A stretch of 64,000 bases of DNA, from NCBI RefSeq assembly GCF_003334355.1, contig NZ_QOWP01000013.1; one strand, 5' to 3'. Of the stretch, positions 55,656 to 64,000 are shown piece by piece. This stretch comes from Escherichia coli. GTDB taxonomy: Bacteria > Pseudomonadota > Gammaproteobacteria > Enterobacterales > Enterobacteriaceae. Below the pieces are notes generated by a model. The model saw nothing but the letters and a program-made list of their open reading frames with translations, ran no database searches and was not told the origin of the DNA. Position 1 is the stretch's first letter; every line of letters begins with the position of its first letter. A program made the translations under genes and the position numbers.

Positions 55656-56409
55656 GTTGTCACCCTGGACCTGGTCGTACATTTAAGAAATTAAATCATT
55701 TCAACTTGGTTGTTAACGCAACCTGTATTTTGTTAACGCTGCGTTACGATGGAAAGTATGTCTGCGGAAATATTTTTAATAACTCACCCGCGCGTTGTAT
55801 TTTTCTTTTTTAGTTCATACCAAAGTATTAAAACCCACGTAAATACGCTGTTATCTACGCAAAAAAATATTTTGTTTTCTTTTAAATCTCCGTTTTCCGC
55901 TATCAAAAAGCACCAGACAGTCATTCTTCTTGCCCGTCGCTGATTGCTGCGATATGTCTTGCGCACAAGCCGTGACAAACCTCGTCTTTTTGCAGTAAAA
56001 AATTGTCCACGGAGGTGTGGAGAAAAAACAAGAACGTTTTACATGACGAAAGGACTACACCGAAATATTTTTTATATGCATTATTAGTAAGTTATCACCA
56101 TTTGTATGATTTTTTAAAATTGTGCAATAAAAACCAAATGTACAACTTTTCTATCATTTCTAAACTTAATAAAACCTTAAGGTTAACATTTTAATATAAC
56201 GAGTTACATTTAGTTACATGTTTAACACTTGATTTAAGATTTGTAATGGCTAGATTGAAATCAGATGTAATCCATTAGTTTTATATTTTACCCATTTAGG
56301 GCTGATTTATTACTACACACAGCAGTGCAACATCTGTCAGTACTTCTGGTGCTTCTATTTTAGAGGCAGCTGTCAGGTGTGCGATCAATAAAAAAAACGG
56401 GGTTTCATC
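55656..56409. promoter_or_regulatory. Divergent csgBAC / csgDEFG intergenic control region
   Basis: 754-bp AT-rich spacer between divergent csgB and csgD starts; known hub for OmpR/CpxR/IHF/H-NS/RpoS input and sRNA targeting of the csgD leader. Confidence 0.8.
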
Positions 56410-57060
<651 letters not shown>

Positions 57061-57064
57061 AGCC

Positions 57065-57454
57065 ATGAAACGTTATTTACGCTGGATTGTGGCGGCAGAA
57101 TTTCTGTTCGCCGCAGGGAATCTTCACGCCGTTGAGGTAGAAGTCCCGGGATTGCTAACTGACCATACTGTTTCATCTATTGGCCATGATTTTTACCGAG
57201 CCTTTAGTGATAAATGGGAAAGTGACTATACGGGTAACTTAACGATTAATGAAAGGCCCAGTGCACGATGGGGAAGCTGGATCACTATAACGGTCAATCA
57301 GGACGTTATTTTCCAGACTTTTTTATTTCCGTTGAAAAGAGACTTCGAGAAAACTGTCGTCTTTGCACTGATTCAAACTGAAGAAGCACTAAATCGTCGC
57401 CAGATAAATCAGGCGTTATTAAGTACGGGCGATTTGGCGCATGATGAATTCTAA
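57065..57454 (+). CDS. csgE: Curli secretion specificity factor
   Basis: 129-aa ORF with signal peptide. Confidence 0.94.
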
Positions 57455-57478
57455 ATAAAAAATTGTTCGGAGGCTGCA

Positions 57479-57895
57479 ATGCGTGTCAAACATGCAGTAG
57501 TTCTACTCATGCTTATTTCGCCATTAAGTTGGGCTGGAACCATGACTTTCCAGTTCCGTAATCCAAACTTTGGTGGTAACCCAAATAATGGCGCTTTTTT
57601 ATTAAATAGCGCTCAGGCCCAAAACTCTTATAAAGATCCGAGCTATAACGATGACTTTGGTATTGAAACACCCTCAGCGTTAGATAACTTTACTCAGGCC
57701 ATCCAGTCACAAATTTTAGGTGGGCTACTGTCGAATATTAATACCGGTAAACCGGGCCGCATGGTGACCAACGATTATATTGTCGATATTGCCAACCGCG
57801 ATGGTCAATTGCAGTTGAACGTGACAGATCGTAAAACCGGACAAACCTCGACCATCCAGGTTTCGGGTTTACAAAATAACTCAACCGATTTTTAA
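57479..57895 (+). CDS. csgF: Curli nucleation/assembly component
   Basis: 138-aa ORF with signal peptide. Confidence 0.94.
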
Positions 57896-57921
57896 GCCCC
57901 AGCTTCATAAGGAAAATAATC

Positions 57922-58755
57922 ATGCAGCGCTTATTTCTTTTGGTTGCCGTCATGTTACTGAGCGGATGCTTAACCGCCCCGCCTAAAGAAGCCGCCAGAC
58001 CGACATTAATGCCTCGTGCTCAGAGCTACAAAGATTTGACCCATCTGCCAGCGCCGACGGGTAAAATCTTTGTTTCGGTATACAACATTCAGGACGAAAC
58101 CGGGCAATTTAAACCCTACCCGGCAAGTAACTTCTCCACTGCTGTTCCGCAAAGCGCCACGGCAATGCTGGTCACGGCACTGAAAGATTTTCGCTGGTTT
58201 ATACCGCTGGAGCGCCAGGGCTTACAAAACCTGCTTAACGAGCGCAAGATTATTCGTGCGGCACAAGAAAACGGCACGGTTGCCATTAATAACCGAATCC
58301 CGCTGCAATCTTTAACGGCGGCAAATATCATGGTTGAAGGTTCGATTATCGGTTATGAAAGCAACGTCAAATCTGGCGGGGTTGGGGCAAGATATTTTGG
58401 CATCGGTGCCGACACGCAATACCAGCTCGATCAGATTGCCGTGAACCTGCGCGTCGTCAATGTGAGTACCGGCGAGATCCTTTCTTCGGTGAACACCAGT
58501 AAGACGATACTTTCCTATGAAGTTCAGGCCGGGGTTTTCCGCTTTATTGACTACCAGCGCTTGCTTGAAGGGGAAGTGGGTTACACCTCGAACGAACCTG
58601 TTATGCTGTGCCTGATGTCGGCTATCGAAACAGGGGTCATTTTCCTGATTAATGATGGTATCGACCGTGGTCTGTGGGATTTGCAAAATAAAGCAGAACG
58701 GCAGAATGACATTCTGGTGAAATACCGCCATATGTCGGTTCCACCGGAATCCTGA
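57922..58755 (+). CDS. csgG: Curli outer-membrane secretion channel lipoprotein
   Basis: 277-aa ORF with lipobox LLSGC. Confidence 0.96.
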   Translation: MQRLFLLVAVMLLSGCLTAPPKEAARPTLMPRAQSYKDLTHLPAPTGKIFVSVYNIQDETGQFKPYPASNFSTAVPQSATAMLVTALKDFRWFIPLERQGLQNLLNERKIIRAAQENGTVAINNRIPLQSLTAANIMVEGSIIGYESNVKSGGVGARYFGIGADTQYQLDQIAVNLRVVNVSTGEILSSVNTSKTILSYEVQAGVFRFIDYQRLLEGEVGYTSNEPVMLCLMSAIETGVIFLINDGIDRGLWDLQNKAERQNDILVKYRHMSVPPES

Positions 58756-58760
58756 CAGAT

Positions 58761-58790
58761 AAAAAAGCCGGAATTATCATCCGGCATTTT
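58761..58790. terminator. Bidirectional terminator between convergent csgG and ycdZ
   Basis: aaaaaagccgga-attatcat-ccggcatttt. Confidence 0.7.
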
Positions 58791-58818
58791 ACTGTTTAAG
58801 CGAAAGCGTGAGTGCCCC

Positions 58819-59310
58819 TCACGCTTTATTTTTGATTTCCTGCTCACGGTGCGCCGTCTTTGCACTACGCGCCGCCAGCCACAGGCCACTGTTTTTCATT
58901 GCGTAACCAAATATCAGCCCAAGCGCCAGCGAAGGTAACACCAGTTTCCAGTCACCCTGCCCGGCAAACGTCGCGCATGCGCCTATAAACGTCCCCGGAA
59001 CAAATGAAAGCAGCAGCTGTTTGGCCTGAATACACATCAGAAACGCGACAATACCGGTTATGACATAACCGAGAATTTCCAGATGTGGTGCCAGTGCACT
59101 ACCGTAAATAATGACCATCGCCCACACCACGCCACTAAGCAGGGTTGCAGCGGAGATCGCCAGCCCTTTCAGCCCACCTTGCGGGCAGGCAAAGTAGGCC
59201 GTACAGCCCAGGAAGCCCGCCCAGCTTAGTAAGCCCAGGGAAACAGCCACCCATCCCCAGATACCGGAGAGAATGCCTGTTGTGATTGCAATAGAGAGAA
59301 GTATGTTCAT
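58819..59310 (-). CDS. ycdZ: DUF1097 inner-membrane protein
   Basis: Start placed at internal Met (MNILLSIAITTGILS...) to give 163 aa. Confidence 0.85.
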   Translation of the reverse strand: MNILLSIAITTGILSGIWGWVAVSLGLLSWAGFLGCTAYFACPQGGLKGLAISAATLLSGVVWAMVIIYGSALAPHLEILGYVITGIVAFLMCIQAKQLLLSFVPGTFIGACATFAGQGDWKLVLPSLALGLIFGYAMKNSGLWLAARSAKTAHREQEIKNKA

Positions 59311-59411
59311 GCCGCGCATGATAGCAGAAAACGCGGCCATGAATGAGATCGAGCACACATTTTATGCAACAACAAATTATCCGTTGCAGTTATGAGTGAC
59401 GTAGATCACAC

Positions 59412-59966
59412 TTATTCTTCAGAATCTTCTTCCAGCTCGTCCCACATTGCACTAATGGCATCGCGGGTTAGCGGTGCCATGGTGCGCCAGAAAGGCGTGG
59501 TTGCATGGGCCTCCACTTTGCCAAGGAACGCACCACACCAGGGTAACAGATACTCACTGAACAGTGTTTCCAGTGCTTCGCTCTCATCTTCCGTTGACTG
59601 ATCTTCCAGCCAGGAAGCCGCAAGCAGCAATGTGCCGATGTGATCGGCTGGCGTATCCGCCAGTGGCATCCCTCGTTCGGAAAGAAAAGCGCGCACTTCC
59701 GCTTCCGTTGCGTCCTCAACCCATGCGCTACGATATGGCGGCACGGCACATTCATCGCCGATAAACAACGCATTGTAATCGGCAGAGACTTGCGCCATAT
59801 CACAGCTTTTCTGTAAACGCGTCAGTAACTCATCCTGCTCCAGTGGCCAGTTCGCAGCCAGTTTCCCCTCACGAATCAGGGTAAACAGCGGCACCAGTAA
59901 AGGATCTTGCGGTTGGCGGTAATAGAGCGAACCCAGCACACGACAGAGGATAGAAAACTCGTTCAT
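59412..59966 (-). CDS. ycdY: TorD-family redox-enzyme maturation chaperone
   Basis: 184-aa ORF. Confidence 0.9.
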   Translation of the reverse strand: MNEFSILCRVLGSLYYRQPQDPLLVPLFTLIREGKLAANWPLEQDELLTRLQKSCDMAQVSADYNALFIGDECAVPPYRSAWVEDATEAEVRAFLSERGMPLADTPADHIGTLLLAASWLEDQSTEDESEALETLFSEYLLPWCGAFLGKVEAHATTPFWRTMAPLTRDAISAMWDELEEDSEE

Positions 59967-59989
59967 TAATATATTTCCATTACTAGTAA

Positions 59990-60727
59990 TTAAAGGTCTG
60001 CAAATTCCGCAATCGGTGCCATACCGCGAGATTCAAGGAAGTTCAGTAAGCGGCGCGGAGAAACATTCAAAATGCGCTCTGGCGGAAAATCTACCGCGTC
60101 GAGGATTTTAAGACACTCTTCAAATTCCCCCATGGTAAACGCGGTGTGAGAATCCGAGCCTAATGCCACCCAACCTCCAGCATCACGTACCGCTGCGGCT
60201 ACCGCACGACAGTTGTCTTCACTGCCCTTACGTGAGTGTAAAAATGAAGAATTATTGATTTCCAGCGCCACCTGATGTTTCGCGGCTGCTTCAGCAACGG
60301 CTTTCACATCTATTTCATATTTGGGATTTCCGGGATGGCTTATTATATGCACATTGCCGCTGGCGATAGTGGCGATCATCGCTTGTGTATTGGTCGCTTT
60401 GTCATGTGGTGCAAAAACCGGCTCATGAAAACCGGCAATAATCAGATCCAGCGAGTCAAACATTTTACCGCTGCAATCAATTTCACCATCAACATTTTTA
60501 ATGTTAGCTTCGATGCCGCGCAGGATCCCTACCCCATCAACCACTCGCGGCCAGATACGCATGTTAATGAAGTGCCAGTGATGCGGAGCATCTTCCATAT
60601 CCGGGCCATGATCGGTGATCGCAAAAAGTTTAATGCCCTTTTGTTTGGCCTGGGCAATGTAATCACTCAATGTGCTATATGCATGTGTGCTGGCAACGGT
60701 ATGCATATGAAGGTCGACGGGATACAT
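59990..60727 (-). CDS. ycdX: PHP-family zinc phosphatase
   Basis: 245-aa ORF with N-terminal HxH metal-binding motif (DLHMHTVAS). Confidence 0.92.
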
Positions 60728-60781
60728 AACTCTCTCCTGTATTCAATTCCCGCCAAGGATAGCAGGAATCCTGATGCTTTA

Positions 60782-61759
<978 letters not shown>

Positions 61760-61953
61760 TTATCGTTATGATCTACAAAAGCCACCAGCATAACAAATCC
61801 GTGGTCGGTGGCAAAAAAAGCAGATTTCGCTTATTAAAACTGCATATTGATTGAAGTTTGAATAAACGCGCGATTTTTTAAAAAAGTTTGTTGACCTCAG
61901 GTCATGATTTCCCTAAATTAGCGCCCGTTCCAGCAAGACAGGAACGACAATTT

Positions 61954-62041
61954 GGTGAGGTGTCCGAGTGGCTGAAGGAGCACGCCTGGAAAGTGTGTAT
62001 ACGGCAACGTATCGGGGGTTCGAATCCCCCCCTCACCGCCA
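61954..62041 (+). tRNA. serX: tRNA-Ser (long variable arm, anticodon GGA)
   Basis: 88-nt sequence GGTGAGGTGTCCGAGTGGCTGAAGGAGCACGCCTGGAAAGTGTGTATACGGCAACGTATCGGGGGTTCGAATCCCCCCCTCACCGCCA with 7-bp acceptor stem, T-arm GGGGG-TTCGAATC-CCCCC and encoded CCA. Confidence 0.95.
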
Positions 62042-62465
62042 TATTTAAAAAAAAGCCCGTACGAAAGTACGGGCTTTTTTTTCGTATATTGCACACACCG
62101 GGGGGGATGAGAAGCCCCGACCGGGGGTCGACAACTGGCGACAGCCAGTTGGACAGACCGTGAACGCAGTGAGCGGGCTGCCCGCAGGGCGAGCGAAGCG
62201 AGTCAATCCCCCCCTCACCGCCATATTTAAAGAAGAGCTCGTACGAAAGTACGGGCTTTTTTTTCGTATATTGCACACACCGGGGGGATGAGAAGCCCCG
62301 ACCGGGGTTCGACAACTGGCGACAGCCAGTTGGACAGACCGTGAACGCAGTGAGCGGGCTGCCCGCAGGGCGAGCGAAGCGAGTCAATCCCCCCCTCACC
62401 GCCATATTTAAAGAAGAGCTCGTACGAAAGTACGGGCTTTTTTTTCGTATATTGCACACACCGGG
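62023..62465 (+). repeat. Tandem direct repeat (~181-182 bp period, about 2.4 copies), each copy beginning with the last 19 nt of tRNA-Ser
   Basis: aatccccccctcaccgcca occurs at 62023, 62205 and 62386; each is followed by a near-identical terminator hairpin and structured spacer; copies differ by a few substitutions and a 1-nt G-run length change. Confidence 0.9.
62047..62082 (+). terminator. Symmetric rho-independent terminator after serX
   Basis: aaaaaaaa-gcccgtac-gaaa-gtacgggc-tttttttt perfect hairpin with A/T runs on both sides. Confidence 0.85.
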
Positions 62466-62596
62466 TGCCCCCGCCCACGTCTGTTAGGGCGAGGGGAAAT
62501 CGTGCACATCAACTGTCTGGTTACTCAGTCAACAATCAAAATGCGCAAGAGAGTACAGAACATATATGTATTATCTGGTCACTTCCTATCACTTCC

Positions 62597-63583
62597 TCAC
62601 TTATTAAAATGCCCCCAACGGAAATACATGTCACATGCCATCATAAAATCGTTATGCCAGAGGAATCGACAATAGAAAAAATAGTAAATTAAGCACGGTA
62701 CATAGCAGAGTAAAAAATAGGCTTCAAACCAAATCCGCCATTCCACAAGCGTTGCCAATACCGACACCAGCGTAATCCACATCACTTCAATAACCAGCAA
62801 TATGAATAACCGAAGCCAAAGCGGCTTGGCAAAAAAGGTCGACAACGCATTTTCACTGGAGAAAAACAGATCGATTTCCTGCAAAAAAAGCCTGCCCAGA
62901 AAAGCGTACCGCTTGGAGAAGCGCAGAAAAAACAGATTAATCGCCAACACTACGCCACAAAGAATGAGCAATGCAATTATCGATTTAAACGTTAACCACT
63001 GCCCCTCTGTCACAAAAGAATCACTGTTACGCAACGGGCTGATAGTAAGCAGGTTAACAACCGTTGAGATGCACACCGAAAGCAGCACATAGCGAGTCAG
63101 ACTTTTATATTTTACTTTTTTCGCTACTGAAATAGCGACCTGCTTGACATAACTGGTGCGGATCATCCGAAACAGCAGAAAGATGACCAACGGCCCAAGT
63201 AACGAAATCAGGAACAGCGCATATAACGAGGGTAGAAGCTGGTATAGCCCCCAACTCATTGCACTCAACATGATTAACGACAGAAATCCTGCCACCAGAG
63301 GTTGTGTAAGAAATAATTCTATTTTGTGGTTCTGCTTTTTCTTAAACCACGAAAAATCGATATTCTTCGTGACGCATTTATAAGCCCAGTACGCCTTGAG
63401 ATCAAAAATAAAATTATACAGCACCAGAGCCAGAATCCCACTAACTACACCAATATCCTCTGATGGAAAAGTAAACCCTGCATTCTTCTAATAAAAGCCT
63501 ATCAGAATAAGTCCAATAGCATAAATGTATATCAGATTTCGTTTATCCTGAAAGCGAATAAAAGTTAAATAATCAGGAATCAT
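62597..63583 (-). pseudogene. ycdU: ycdU-like polytopic inner-membrane protein ORF, 329 codons, interrupted by an in-frame TAG at codon 32
   Basis: ATG at 63583 and stop at 62597 span 987 nt in one frame; the only interruption is TAG at 63488-63490; downstream 275-codon ORF (track 62597..63424) is in the same frame. Confidence 0.6.
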
Positions 63584-63923
63584 TTGAATACCTTTGCATC
63601 ACTAAATGCTTTACGACAATGCATAACTCGTTGCTGATCCACGCCAGCAAAATCATTTAACATATTCCCCAAATAGGGCTTATTACTTATTTCAAGGAAA
63701 GCTACCGGGGTTGGCATATTCAGAAATGTATCGAGAGATTCAGTCCATTTCACCGTATGAGTTAAGTGTAATGAGAGATTTTCTTTGATAATTGACGGAG
63801 CGACCTCGCTTTTTGCTGTTACGTTCATCAGAACCTGATGCTCTGGCGAAGCGATATCCAGTCCGGCAAGATAATCGCGCATTGCCTGAACGCCGTCTTC
63901 CATCAAACGCGTGTGCCAGGCAC
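63580..63923 (-). pseudogene. ymdE: C-terminal fragment of a FabD-like acyltransferase, 5' end truncated by the IS element
   Basis: Translated frame aligns with the C-terminal third of FabD in this window (e.g. VKWTESL vs VQWTKSV); frame runs up to the IS3 inverted repeat; stop TGA overlaps the ycdU ATG (ATGA). Confidence 0.6.
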
Positions 63924-64000
63924 TGATCTTACCCAGCAATAGTGGACACGCGGCTAAGTGAGTAAACTCTCAGTCAGAGGTGACTCACATGACAAAAACA
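63924..64000 (+). mobile_element. insE: Left end of an IS3-family insertion sequence (terminal inverted repeat and first 4 codons of orfA), continues beyond the window
   Basis: Begins TGATCTTACCCAGCAATAGTGGACACGCGGCTAAGTGAG, which I recognise as the IS3 left inverted repeat, followed by ATGACAAAAACA (MTKT) as in the IS3 orfA start. Confidence 0.7.

Noticed and set aside
61888-62163. 91-aa plus-strand ORF reading through serX
   Set aside because: Uses a TTG start and translates straight through the tRNA and its terminator; an artefact of ORF calling.
61902-62459. Minus-strand ORFs of 185, 77 and 83 aa running through serX and the tandem repeats
   Set aside because: They read antisense through a tRNA gene and terminator hairpins, and their periodic amino-acid sequence only reflects the DNA repeat. 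No ribosome-binding context was seen. Kept as a caveat because the tyrT repeats were once proposed to be coding.
62023-62465. CRISPR array or prophage attachment site at serX
   Set aside because: The repeat period (~181 bp) is far too long for a CRISPR array and there are no unique spacers; no cas genes, integrase or phage genes occur in the window. A simple att duplication would give one extra copy, not a regular tandem array.

Overview
The window reads as a contiguous, well-characterised stretch of an Escherichia coli K-12-like chromosome, and I found no novel multi-gene system in it. Every long ORF in 1..61,760 matches a known core gene by length, order and protein signature: fhuE (3' end), ptsG, ycfH-holB-tmk-mltG-pabC, the fabF-acpP-fabG-fabD-fabH-plsX-rpmF-yceD fatty-acid/ribosomal cluster, yceF, rluC, rne, the flgLKJIHGFEDCB / flgAMN flagellar region, murJ, yceM, yceH, rimJ, mdtH, grxB, yceB, pyrC, dinI, bssS, solA, yceO, yceJ, yceI, yceA, lpxL, mdtG, msyB, yceK, opgHG/opgC, clsC-ymdB-ymdA, csgCAB / csgDEFG, ycdZYX and ghrA. 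The only part with accessory character is the last ~2 kb: tRNA-Ser (serX) followed by about 2.4 tandem copies of a ~181-bp unit that each reiterate the last 19 nt of the tRNA, then a ycdU-like membrane ORF carrying an in-frame TAG at codon 32, a FabD-like gene fragment (ymdE-like) coupled to it by an ATGA overlap, and the left end of an IS3-like element at the window edge. Gene identities rest on recognising the translated proteins; coordinates for non-ORF features were counted by hand and may be off by 1-2 nt. No CRISPR arrays, prophage genes or integrases were seen.
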